A stretch of 64,000 bases of DNA from assembly GCF_964355755.1 (NCBI RefSeq), contig NC_092672.1:30200437-30264436 (forward strand). Direction: 5' to 3'. Every line of letters begins with the position of its first letter. The first letter of the stretch is position 1. Of this stretch, positions 1 to 12,300 are shown one piece after another. Position numbers and translations under genes: made by a program. Below the pieces are notes generated by a model. The model searched no databases. It was not told the origin of the DNA and saw only the letters and a program-made list of their open reading frames with translations. This DNA is from Antedon mediterranea. Lineage: Eukaryota > Animalia > Echinodermata.

Positions 1-12
1 TGTGACTATTTC

Positions 13-446
13 CCTGTGCTTCCATATGGTGCCAACTGCCAAATTGGGTCCACTTGAGCACAGTGTATTAAAATACTAACAAAGATATTAAAATTCAGTG
101 ACTTGTTTCTATTTTATATCACACTGTGCTCCATTGGTGCCAAATTGGGCCACTTGAGCACAGTGTATTAAATACGAAAAGATATTAAAATTCGGTGACA
201 CTTTCTATTTTATATCACTGTGCTCACTGGCGCCAAATTGGGTCCATGTGAACACAGTGTTTTAAAAGACCAAAAGATATTAACATTCAGTGACTTGTTT
301 CTATTTTATATAACTGTGCTCCCCCGGCGCCAAATTGGTTCCACTTGAGCACAGTGTATTAACATACGAAAATATATTAACTTTCAGTGACAATTGTTTA
401 TATTTTATATCACTGTGCTCCACTGGTTCAAAATTTGGCCCACTTG
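13..446. repeat. Tandem repeat with a ~95-105 bp unit (~4.5 copies; runs off the left edge)
   Basis: Unit CACTGTGCTCCACTGGCGCCAAATTGGGTCCACTTGAGCACAGTGTATT...TTCAGTGACTTGTTTCTATTTTATAT recurs at ~15, 123, 216, 313 and 411. About 1.3 more copies lie at 1310-1445. Confidence 0.9.
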
Positions 447-1131
447 AATCGGTATTTTTATTTCGCAACATATACTTACTCCGCTGCTGCACAGCCTGTT
501 CAATAATGGTACTGTAGGCTACTATTCCTATTCCCTTGTAAAATGGAAGGAAAATCTACAACCATCTACAAGCCCCGGTTTATATTATCGTGTGCTTTTA
601 AATTAACATTAAATCTAATAACATTATTCAACAATTGTTCACTATATATTACTTAATGAGTATGTAGAAGATGAAAAAGAAATACTAACAGAAACTTGAG
701 CGAAATTGTATACAAGAAGAATACACACGTGGTTAGCCTGTAGTAAAAAGCTATTCTCGAAGCTTCGTTTGTTCGCGGGTAAAATACCTAGATAGGAATT
801 TTCATTCGTGAAAATGACGGGGATTTTTTTCATCCAATAGGAATAAATGTTATATGAGAAGAATCTATGAACATTCAGCTTTCTTTTGATCGGGGAACAA
901 CAAGGTTTGTGATTGGTGAAATACAAATGATCATTTAAAATCAATCCAGACACTAAAAAGGGGAAAATACTAAAACAATCACAAAAGAATTTCCTTTCAG
1001 ATGCTGAGGGGAACACGGAAATCCGACAAGTATTAGCTGAGGATACGACTGTAGAAAGACGAGAAATGTCATAATACAGCTTATGTCTGTGCGAAATACC
1101 GCGTGAATCTATAATGTCAGGCTACTCCAGT

Positions 1132-1280
1132 GGGTGTCTCGAAAACAGAAACCTCGAAAACAGAGACCAGAGACCCAAGACCCAGGGTCTCTGTTTTCGA
1201 GAAAATCTCGAAAACAGAGAGCCCCACTAAAACGTAATATTGAGACGTTTTAGTGGGGGGTCTCGGGTCTCTGGTCTCTG
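1132..1280. mobile_element. Truncated foldback/TIR element end related to the element at 2470-3552
   Basis: Starts GGGTGTCTCGAAAACAG, similar to GGGTGTCACGAAAGC. Contains internal repeats (CTCGAAAACAGAGA) and inverted segments (GAGACCAGAGACCC / GGGTCTCTGGTCTC; CCCCACTAAAACGT / ACGTTTTAGTGGGG). Confidence 0.55.
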
Positions 1281-1309
1281 CTGAGCGGAAATGTTGCACG
1301 AAGAATCCA

Positions 1310-1445
1310 TTTATCACTGTGCTCCACTGGCGCCAAATTGGGTCCACTTGAGCATAGTGTATAAACATACGATAAAATATTAAAATTAGTGACTTATTTC
1401 TATTTTATATCACTGTGCTCCACCGGTGCCAAATTTGGTCCACTC
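1310..1445. repeat. Detached copies of the ~97-bp tandem repeat
   Basis: Same unit as at 13-446. Confidence 0.85.
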
Positions 1446-1606
1446 ATAGAGATATCTCTATGGTCCACTCTGGACCGGGACCGCAGTACTATTTTTATTG
1501 CGGAAGTTAATAAAGGCATACATGGCGAGAGAATGCTCCAGTCGTCAGAATGACGCTCTGAATATACCTCGCAATTGGGGAAATATGTGAATTGACCTAG
1601 AATCAT

Positions 1607-4600
1607 AGGCCTAGAATCGTATCGCAGTTGTAATAAAATCACTTGTTGCTATACGCTTGGGTGCACACGAACAACAAAATTTAACTGATGAATTATTCAT
1701 GTTTTAAATATATTGTGACGTTTAATGAGGGGTCCCCAACTAATGTACGGAAAAACAATCGCGCCCCGGGAGCGATTTTTTTTTTCGTACTTAAGTTGGG
1801 GACCCCCCTCATGAAACGTCACAAAATAAACATGAATAATTCATCAGTTAAATTTTCTTGTTCCGTGTGCACCCAAGCGTATAGCAACAAGTGATTACAA
1901 CTGCGATACGATTCTAGGCCTATGATTACACATTACTGCGATACGATACTTTTACAGTAGGCCTAGGATTCTAAGTCAATTCACGTGATTGCCTTCGCGC
2001 ACTCTTCTTCACACACACACACACACACCACTATGCAAAATGTGTCGAGTCGAGGCTAATCGGCAGCCTAGGCAAGACATTACACTAAGTAGTAATTCAT
2101 TGGACATAGCCCAAAGAAAGCTTAGACCCACAAGAATAAAGAATGTGTATAATTTGTGTACTGTATTTTTTTAATTCTGCTATTTTATTATCAAACAATA
2201 TGCATGTAATCAAAGGAACTGCGCGTATATGAACACATGAGATGGGAAAGTTAGACCCACGAGAATAAAAAATGTATTTTTGTGTAATGTTTATTGTTTA
2301 ATTTTGCTGACTCTAACACACACGTCACACACACCAACACAGCTACTACTACTAGAATAGACATATGGGTTTAGAGAATAGTAATTAGGCCTAATAGTAT
2401 CAATAGAAACTATAATTTTAACACGTAATTCTTTAGTAATAAATTATATTAAACACACCATAAACTAAAGGGTGTCACGAAAGCTCAGACCACGAAAGCT
2501 CAGACCCCCTAAGACCTAAGATCACGAAAGCTAAGACCCAACACCTAAGATTACAAATACCGTACTAAGATATACTACAGATTAAAAACAATACTTGTTT
2601 ATCCATACATAATTTTAAACACAGTAGGTTTCATTTATTACCATAAATATAATTTAATACTACCGCAAAACATAGATAAACTCACATTATTTTCGCCCGT
2701 TGAGTAAATGTATATTTTTTCTTTACAACAAACAAACTTGACGGGTTGTTTGTTGGTATATATTTACTCCATTGTGTTGGTTCAGAGGATGTTTTTCTTA
2801 CGCACCTGCCTTTCTTGTATTTTGACTCCAAATTTGTTGACTAACTTTATCTTGAACACCACACTTTAAAATTAGGACTTATAAGTACTTTCAGAAGGAG
2901 AAACACATAATAACAAATAAATAAATCCTTTAAATTGATGATTTTACATATGTGTTTCTTTGTATACTGTAATGTAACTCCTCGAGCTCCCACCATGCTC
3001 AATGTTTTTGTTTCCATGGAGCGCCAAAAGAGCAACAATAATAGTACAAGCATAAAAACAGAAAGAAAACGAAACAAAAAAACTTATCATGATTTTTAAA
3101 TTAAAATTTATTTGCCAGTATTTATTTCTTCGTACTTGCATGATTATACTATTATCATTACAATTTTAATTTTACATTGTTCCATCCACACTGTAGGTGG
3201 ACTCCACGGAGTTTTCAGCCCTCTATATAATTTTTGCTCTTTTGACGTTCCATAGAAACAAAAACATTGAACATGGGGTAGGCCTACTGTAGTACTGTAG
3301 GCTAGTCATTTTGTGTGCGAGAAAAACGTCTGTAAAATCATCAATTTAAAAATGTATTTGTTACTTTTTATGTGATTCTTTTTCATGAAAGTGCCAATTC
3401 TAAGGTGTGGTATTCAGAATAAATGTTGGGAGTTAAAATACAAGGCAGGTGCGAAAGATAAATATTTGTAATCTTAGGTGTTGGGTCTTAGCTTTCGTGA
3501 TCTTAGGTCTTAGGGGGTCTGAGCTTTCGTGGTCTGAGCTTTCGTGACACCCATAAACTAAAGGCTGATTATTTCGACAATCCACACAAAACGCCGCTAT
3601 CTTCTATGAAATCGCACGCCGCAACAACAGCGGAGATAGGCCTAGAATCGTACCGCACCTGTGTAATCACTTCTTGTTGCTATACGCTTGGGTGCACACG
3701 GAACAAGAAAATTTAACTGATGAATTATTCATGTTTATTTTGTGACGTTTCATGAGGGGGTCCCCAACTTATGTACGAAAAAAAAAATCGCTCCCGGGGC
3801 GCGATTGTTTTTCCGTACATTAGTTGGGGACCCCTCATTAAACGTCACAAAATAAACATGAATAATTCATCAGTTAAATTTTCTTGTTCCGTGTGCACCC
3901 AAGCGTATAGCAACAAGAAGTGATTACACAGGTGCGGTACGATTCTAGGCCTATCTCCGCTGTTGTTGCGGCGTGCGATTTCATAGAAGATAGCGGCGTT
4001 TTGTGTGGATTGTCGAAATAATCAGCCTTTAGTTTATGGTGTTTTTAATATAATTTATTACTAAAGAATTACGTGTTAAAATTATAGTTTCTATTAATAC
4101 TATTAGGCCTAATTATTAGTCTCTAAACCCATGTCTATTCTAGTAGTAGCTGTGGGTGTGTGTGACGTGTGTGTGTTAGGTATGACCAAAGATAGTTATC
4201 TTTGGTATGACACAATCCGAGTAATAAGTCAGCAAAATTAAACAATAAATTACACAAAAATACATTTTTTATTCTCGTGGGTCAAATCTTCCCATCTCAT
4301 GTGTTCATAATACGCGCATTTTTAAAGTTCCTTTGAGTACATCATGCATATTGTTTGATAATAAAATAGCAGAATTAAAAAAATACAGTACACAAATTAT
4401 ACACATTCTTTATTCTTGTGGGTCTAAGCTTTCATTGGGCTATGTCCAATGAATTACTACTGTACTTAGTTTAATGTCTTGCCTAGCTGTCGATTAGCCT
4501 CGACTCGACACATTTTGTGTGAAGAAGAGTGCGCGAAGGCAATCACGTGAATTGACTTTACTTAGAATCCTAGGCCTACTGTAGAAAGTATCGTATCGCA

Positions 4601-4739
4601 GTTGTGTAATCACTTCTTGTTGCTATACGCTTGGGTGCACACGGAACAACAAATTTAACTGATGAATTATTCATGTTTATTTTGTGACGTTTCATGAGGG
4701 TTCCCCAACTTATGTACGAAAAAAAAAATCGCCCCCGGG
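1607..4739. repeat. Large nested inverted-repeat (foldback) structure with ~315-bp hairpins at 1607-1922 and 3637-3953 and a half-hairpin at ~4575-4739
   Basis: 1766-3796 (excluding the insertion at 2470-3552) is approximately the reverse complement of 3797-4739. Each junction is a near-perfect hairpin centred on AATCGC(G/T)CCC..GG..GCGATT. Confidence 0.9.
2470..3552. mobile_element. Non-autonomous DNA transposon, MULE/Mutator-like (~88-bp TIR, 10-bp TSD)
   Basis: TIRs GGGTGTCACGAAAGCTCAGACC...GATTACAAATA and their reverse complement at ~3462-3552. TSD ATAAACTAAA at 2460-2469 and 3553-3562. The empty site is visible in the mirror arm at ~4021-4045. Confidence 0.85.
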
Positions 4740-6083
4740 ACAGAATCACATCCATGCAGCCTGGCGCCGCCGATAGGCATTCCTCTACAGACGCGATATG
4801 AAAAAAAATCCAAAGTCCTTATACGATGACGTCACACACGTACCAGCACCGTACCCATCGGCTGATTATGACGTAATGCAATTTTACCGTACCTTTAGCA
4901 AACGGAAGTTAGGATACGGACTGTATCTTTAGCCCCGGCGATTTTCGTATGCGTTGACAAAATTACATACGTACAAATGCAATTGTCCAATCAACCTGGC
5001 TGAAATACAGTCTGAAACATAATATACTGTACAATAAAAAGGTGCTGACAATTTAAATATTTAAAAAATAAAGAATTGATATCACATGATTGATTATTCT
5101 AACATCGACTCTTGTCTCGATGATATTACCTTTTTTCTTATTATTTTTAATAATTCCACGTTAATATATTTCAATGTATTATTCAAATATACAAAAGTAA
5201 CCATTCCTGCATAGTTACTGCAGGAGCCTAACTAGAACATATTTTTTAAAACCATATTTAATGAGGGTGATCCATCCAGCAATTGTTGATCATTAGGAAC
5301 CCTCATATCAGAGGTTCACAAGACAAACATATGCTCTCACAAGATGCTCAGCTACAAGTTTTTAGGTTTGGAGTTGTAATTTAAATAAACATTATAAAAA
5401 ATAATGTATTTATTATAGAGATATAAAGAAACAATGTAGTCGTATAAATAATGAATGAACAATCAATCCGTACAGTATTCAAAACAAGTTTTCGCTCAAT
5501 TATTCATAAACCTACTCGACGATACATGCATGCATCTAAATCCCAACAAATCGATATATAGCCTACACAAAATAATAATGGAAATATACGGATTAAAAAC
5601 AAAAACAACATGTGTAATTCCCCTACCAAGCTCTAGATAGACATAATAATAATAATAATAATTTATTTAGAGCTACACTTTTCAAACAGTGGCACACTTC
5701 TTAAATGAATGTGCGTCTAGAGTAAGTAAAAATAAAAGTTATAGAACAAAATAATTTAACAATAGGCCTATATACAAGGAGTTTTTAGTTTCGAACCCTA
5801 GCCTAAACGCTACAAAACATGACCAAGGCACGACCCATTCGACCGGACAAGTAGCGTGAGAAAAACAAAAGACATTAATTGTTGTATCAGATAATCCGGA
5901 AATATTACTTAGGTGGGTTGCTTCCGCGGCTTCCTTTCAAAATATACGTATTTTAATTATTATAGGATGTGTATTTATTTATTTATTTTTATTTATTTCA
6001 CCTTATTTATAGATCATAGAGCAACTGAAACAGCGTATGCTGACAATCAAGGTACAACTTGAGTTGTGCGTTGCATTAAAAAT

Positions 6084-9000
6084 ATGCTTTCAAAATTAAA
6101 GATATTCATTGTGGCATGTATTATCTGTTCACTTGTTCTAATTGTAAGTATCATAGATAATAATATTGATTTATATTTGTTCTACCTATAATAATACGAT
6201 TATTATTATTACGAACTTCCAAAGTCCCGCGCATTCAATGTATTGCACTTTACTCGTAAACCTACACACTTACATTGAATAGAATTGCAAGTAAGTTTAA
6301 TGAAATTGCACTTAAGTTGAATGGAATTGCACTTAAGTTGAATGGAAATGCACTTAAGTTAAATGGAATTACACTTAAGTTGAATGTCATCCTTGACCGA
6401 AGTTTCAGAAGTGGCAAATCCAAAAAATTATCAATTATTTTATTTTATTCATTTTTGTGTATAGTCCTAGTCTAAGAAACTTCAGTTGACCTGATGGTGC
6501 GTCTTAGATAAGAAATCATTAGGCCTATTATAACGAATTTATTTATAAATCTAACAATGTCATTTGGCGTAAAATGGAATATAGGTCCGAAAAGCACAGA
6601 TAAGAAATTTCAAACACTAATAATATGTAAATTAGAATAAAATGATTTGTTGTATTTGATAAAAAACTAGTCATGTATTTTTTCAAAGTATGTTTATCAA
6701 GCTGTTTATGTTTTTTTTTTGTGGAAATAGCAATTTTTTAGGGCAGCACAACAGAAAAGAAAATCAGTAGCCTATTTACCACATTGCAGTGGTCCGTTTT
6801 ACACGTTTTACCTCCCCTACGTATCTGTTCTATTTATCGGGGATGGTGTAATATGATAGGCCTATACTTACTTCCTATGACTGGAGTGAAACCTACAAGT
6901 AGTAGCCTATGGTGTATTCATATATTTGCCATTAGCATTCGGTTAAAGACCAGAATTAAAGTAATGTTGACATATGACAGAGTTTAAATTACTTCACACA
7001 TTCAGAATATCAATGTTAATAATAATTATCAAAGAAATAAAAAATGTTTAATAAGTCATCAAGCTGGAAAGTGAGATTTCGTTGACTTTAATATTCATTA
7101 GGAACCTACAGTAGAAACATGTCACTCTAGGAAAGTTACCTCTAATAACTGACCAATAAGATAAGGCCATTATATGATGACAAAACAGAATAGGCACACC
7201 TGATTTGATGCTCAGTTTTCTTTATTTATTCAGGCAAAAATAAAGCTGTCTCCTTATGACCAACCTCATGGCATCATACAAAACGTTAAAACACAGGTAA
7301 TTCATTCCTCTGTACTGTAGTATAGATTGCTCTATGATTAAAACAACGTACTATATACAGGAAGAACTCCTCCGAAGTCCTCTATCATATTAATATTTAT
7401 TTGAACTTACATGATAATTGATGCGTTCGTGTGAACAAAACAAAATAATGAATACAGTAATAACATACTTAAAATAAATCTATAAAAATACCACCTAATT
7501 TCCATTTTCTCCTTATTGTTTCGTTTTCCAAATACTAATATATTTGACTTGTCAAAATTAAAATTAAGTTTCCATTCTTTTGCAAAAGTAGAGGCTAAAT
7601 CAAGCATTTGGTTCATTTCCAATTCATTGTTTGCAAGTAGTGCATCTGTCCAAAATAATTAACTAGTTTCCATTGATTCTTAGGCCTACTCCTAAACCGT
7701 ATATTCAAAATCATCAGGTGAAGATTGTTCTTTCGAGAGAAAAAAAAATGTCCACAGCAGGAATTGAACCATCAATCAATCAATCAATTTATTTGGAAAC
7801 TGCACCTTTACATCGGTGGCACACACGGGAAGTGGTGCATCCATATTGAACACAATTACTGTGAGATACATAACCATTAACACCAAATTCCATATCGTTT
7901 GATGTATTTAATAAATTCTTTCTTGGTTGGCTATACTTAAATTCTCCCGAATCCTTAACAAAGACTAAATTAGCTATATAGGCCCTAATGGCCCAATCCC
8001 GTCATGACAGACGATAACATCAGGTCCAAAACATTAATGATAGTGTAATTAATTAATGTCGAATTTTTTCAGTTTATTTCAGATTCCTTTTACAGTTGCT
8101 CTAGGCCTATATCAGAAAATAATTCGATGATTGATATAAATAGATCATTTATATATTTGAAGAATCCAGACAGAACTGTTAAAGTTGGTGATTTCTTTAG
8201 TGTAATAATCCAGGCACGTAATCAGTATGGTCAATCTACAAGGGGATGTGATTTTTTCTTTGCAACAATAAATTCTAAGGAAAACCACAACACAGGAAAG
8301 ATAACCGATTTAAAAAACGGTACATATGAGGTGTTGTTCTTCGCCGGTTGGCCTGGTATCGTCAACATAACTATTGTTCTTGTCCATCCATCAGAGGCGG
8401 TATATTTCATTGAACAGGAAATATGGCCTTTGGAAAAAAGGTTGGCGTGGAAAGGATATTTTGAAATAAATAAAACAGAAACACAATTTTGCAGTATTAG
8501 TAAAAAAGCATTACTTGGCGTTGATAAATGCCAATACAGCCATTCATTAGCTATGGGAGAAACTGTATTCTTTTGTGATAAACCTATGAACTCGTCATGC
8601 GATATGTTGAGTTGGCTTCAGACGAACTCTCCTTATATTGGTAGCGTGTTTTCCAAGTTGTATTCATCTCATCAAGAAATATTTTCTAAGTATGACCATA
8701 TTTGTTTTAAGTGATTGAAAACATTTCAAAACATAATTCAAATAGCTTTATATTTGCTTGCAATTCCGTCTTCCAAACGTTGTAGTTTTAGTGCATGTGT
8801 AGTACAAGTTCTACAATACCACTTTGGTCCGGTATAATATTTGAAACAAATATTGATAACGGTACATTTCAGTATAGCAATTGTTAATAACTAGGACGAT
8901 TTGTAGAAATGCTAGCAACGAAATACCTTGTTAATACTGCAATACATCTGGCTAATAATGTTACATTAAACTGATAACAATTAATGTTACTTTTAAGGTC

Positions 9001-10713
9001 TGTCACTTATGCCCGTCTGGTTCAAGGAACGTCTCCAATCAAAATCAGCAAAGAAGGTAAGTTTGACAATCTATCGCACATCCTCCTCTAAATGCGATCT
9101 TTATCACAAAGTTGAGCGGAAACCCCATTAGTAAGGCATTAGGGCATTCTGTAAACGACAATTTTCTTGTTGAATCGAAGCTTATTTAAAAATGGAACGA
9201 CCTTTTTTTTTTCACGTAGGCATTGTAATGTTTTTTTATGAATACGAAGTCCGAAATAAAAAGAAATGAATGAAATAACAATCGAATTCCAAAACTCTAC
9301 AAACATTGCTGTAATACTATAGTTTGTATAACATAAAGTGGATGTTATGTTAAAGATGTATTGTTCCTTTGACTAATTCAAAAAATAATTTAAAAAAAAG
9401 ATTTCGAAAAAAGTGGGTAATTTTGAAGTATCATAATAGTTATTAACTTTCACCAAAATTAGTCGAAAAAAAAATCATTGAACTAAAATACAGACGTTTT
9501 TTTGTTCAAAAAATAACTTTGACTTTTGTCAAAGTTTTCGATCAAATCATATCTCATAATGCAACGTGCTTGTTTGGCTACTCTGTATGCATAATCATAA
9601 AATTTCCTCGTGATCTATGTGAAAACACCTTCTCAACCCATACTCGTGGTTTGAAATCTTTGTTTACTTTCGCTCACGACCATTTTCGAGACGAAATGTA
9701 ATCAAATTAATTTACCTGTTAATTACGTAAACTTGTTGTTTTTGGCTCGAATTTTTGACTTACAATGAATAACTTATACTATTACTTTGATATGGCCAAT
9801 TTAAATTTTAATATTAAATATTTTGACCTTCATTTTTTTGTGTTTCAAGGGACAATACATCTTTAATGGAAAGTAAAACAAATTAAATGAAGAATAAGTA
9901 CGGTAATAATGAAAATATTAAATAAATGTTTTGTTTACGGTAGGAAATTTGCCGCTTGTGATTAGTAGATTACCAGAATGCAAGGCAGATTTACCAAAGC
10001 CTCGTAATGATGGGTTCTGGACAAACAATGTATGGACATCATTACACTGTAAAACAAAACAATGGACAAAACAAGAAATTACCAAATGCGTAAAAGGAAA
10101 ACAAATGATTTTAATAGGTGATTCTACAACAAGACAGTGGACTGAACAGTTGCTGAAGTTTATGGGAGTGACACGGAGTAAAAACACTACTAAACCGAAC
10201 ACTAAGCACATTCAGCATCATAGTAATATTATGATGCTTGATTTCTACTTCCATCCGTATAGTCTCGGTTCTATCTTGCATATATATCGCGTCGGAAAAT
10301 GGGAGTACGAAATATTAGATAATCTTAATGTAGATACTTGTAATAACTACGTCATAATGGTGAGTCCCTGGGCTCATTATGCGCAATGGACCAAAGAAAG
10401 TTTCATTGAAAGGTTGCATCTTTTGCGAGAGACACTTGTACGATTCATGAAACGTTGCCCGGATGCAAAGATACTGATGAAGTCTCCACACCCTCGAAAC
10501 CACAGGTCACAGACTTCGCTACTATATGGCAGCGATAAACTATTGTACGACATATACGAGCTATATTTTAGCATTTTCTCGGGGTTAGGCATTCATATTT
10601 TAGATATCTGGGATATGAACTTGTCCTATCCGATGATGAATACAATACACATGCCGTCACCAGTTATTCACCAAGAACTTTTTTTTATGTTTTCACATAT
10701 ATGTCCTGTATAG
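6084..10713 (+). CDS. NXPE family protein (neurexophilin and PC-esterase domain, NXPE3-like), multi-exon
   Basis: Exon 6084-6143 encodes a signal anchor (MLSKLKIFIVACIICSLVLI|gtaagt). Small exons at ~6.74-6.82 kb and ~7.23-7.30 kb are uncertain. Exon ~8083-8689 has GCDFFFA..GKITDLKNGTYEVLF..LVHPSEAV. Exon 8998-9056 and exon 9944-10713 are phase-consistent and carry the SGNH-like motifs LIGDSTTRQW and DIWDM..NTIHMP. Confidence 0.85.
6277..6385. repeat. 21-bp minisatellite (GAATTGCACTTAAGTTGAATG, ~5 copies) in NXPE intron 1
   Basis: Direct tandem copies; they produce the spurious LKLNGIA ORF. Confidence 0.85.
7490..7650 (-). mobile_element. Non-LTR retrotransposon RT fragment
   Basis: Translates to ALLANNELEMNQMLDLASTFAKEWKLNFNFDKSNILVFGK, typical of the region after YADD in LINE reverse transcriptases. 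Confidence 0.6.
9354..9862. mobile_element. Non-autonomous TIR element with TTAA TSD (Kolobok-like) in an NXPE intron
   Basis: TTAA|AGATGTATTGTTCCTT ... AGGGACAATACATCT|TTAA. Related copy at 41174-41499 and fragments at ~14420-14693 and ~16500-16588. Confidence 0.75.
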
Positions 10714-10954
10714 TAAATTAAAAACTGTTTGTATTTTGTTTATTCATACTTGAAACATAAGTAAACGTCCTGTTTGTTTAATAGATGACAAATAATCCCT
10801 CTATTATTCTAAAATATAATTTCTCTTGAATTTAAAAGTTAAATATTTGTACTTCTAATAGTAACCCACACTCTAATAGTAACCTCCCTTCTAATATAGT
10901 AACACACCTTGTAAGCCAATCTATAATAATAACCCACTACGGTACTCTAATATC

Positions 10955-11715
10955 TATGTCTAAAGTGTTTGAGTCTGATTTGATTTATATGTGTGATGAT
11001 ACACTCGAATCAAATGACCGACAGTATGCGTTTAAAAATGGTCAACTGAAACATGTATTTTTATTCTCAAACAGACAATCGAATTCTATAATTGAAATGG
11101 TAGCCCGATTTATGCCTGTTTTTTAGATGCCTCCAAAGCATTTGATCGTATTAATCATTGGACACTGTACAAGAAACTGATTAATAGGGGAACCTCCTTA
11201 TGTGTAGTTAGAGTTCTTGTGTCTTGGTATACCAACCAAAGGTTTCATTTTCGGTGGGGAAAGTCATTGTCTAGAGACAGTTAATGGTGTTATAGACAAG
11301 GTGGAGTTATGTCTCTTTTACTTTTTAATATTTATATGGATGATTTGATTATTGTCAATCTCAGTATGTCTCGCAATGGATGCGAATTACACGGTATAAA
11401 ACTGAACAACCTTAGTTACGCGGATGATATGGTACTTATTGCACCATCTGCCTCCGCCTTACAACATCTAATTCATATGTGTGAAAAATACTCATTAAAC
11501 ACATGATATAATTATTGTATAACAAGAAAAAATCTGTATGTATGTTATTCTGTCCTACAGTCAGGAAATTGTCAAAGCTTCCCACTTTAAACTTATTTGA
11601 GTCGGAACTTGCCTTTGTTAGAGTTTTTAATTACTTGGGTCACACTTTTGACACCCGATTTGAAAGATGATACGGATATCAAACGACAGTACAGGTCATT
11701 GTGCATTAGAGCTAA
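10955..11715 (+). mobile_element. Degenerate non-LTR retrotransposon reverse transcriptase
   Basis: Frameshifted motifs SKVFE, QYAFK, CFLDASKAFDRINHW, RQGGVMS..LFNIYMDDL, LSYADDMVLIAPS and FNYLGH. Confidence 0.85.
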
Positions 11716-11989
11716 TACACGACTTTAACTCACACAAATTGCAAGAAAAGGTTTTTTTTATGAAATGTGTTCCTTAGACCCTACTGAACACATTTATCAA
11801 CGTTAGGACATTTTTCGACAACGGGAAGTAGCCTAATTTGCATAATTAAAAATAGCCGCCATTTTTAATAACGTACTCTGTATCTTGGAAACCGCTAGTC
11901 ACAGATACTTAATTTTGGTGTCAAAATCGTTAGAATATATGTTTTTATATTCACTTTATTGAAAAAGTTTGTCCAAAAATGTGCTATTT

Positions 11990-12300
11990 CTAACATTATT
12001 GACCTTTGACCTTGATTGATCATATCTCAGCAACCACTAATCGGAGATATACAAATTAGGGTTTAAATTAATCAGAAACTACACATTTATATCCAGTCTA
12101 ATGGCATGTTTTTGCAAAAAAATGGCGGATTCTAACTAATGACCTTTGACCTTGATTTATTATATCTTAGCAACCACTATTCTGAGAGAGACACAAAATG
12201 GCTCAAACTGTTCAGAAACTACATATTTATATTTAGTCTAATGGCATGTTTTTGCAAAAAATGGCCAATTCTAACATTATTGACCTTTGAACTTTGCACT
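11990..12300. repeat. ~140-bp tandem repeat (~2.3 copies) with TGACCTTTGACCT motifs, inside a probable non-autonomous element (~11725-12447)
   Basis: TGACCTTTGA at 12000, 12140 and 12281. The block CAGAAACTACACATTTATAT..AGTCTAATGGCATGTTTTTGCAAAAAA is also repeated. Confidence 0.75.

Noticed and set aside
13-446. CRISPR-like array
   Set aside because: The whole unit repeats with no unique spacers, the context is eukaryotic, and there are no cas genes.
6275-6475. ORF with LKLNGIA repeats
   Set aside because: It is the translation of a 21-bp intronic minisatellite.
9918-10592. Minus-strand ORFs of 62-97 aa
   Set aside because: They are antisense shadows of the NXPE last exon.
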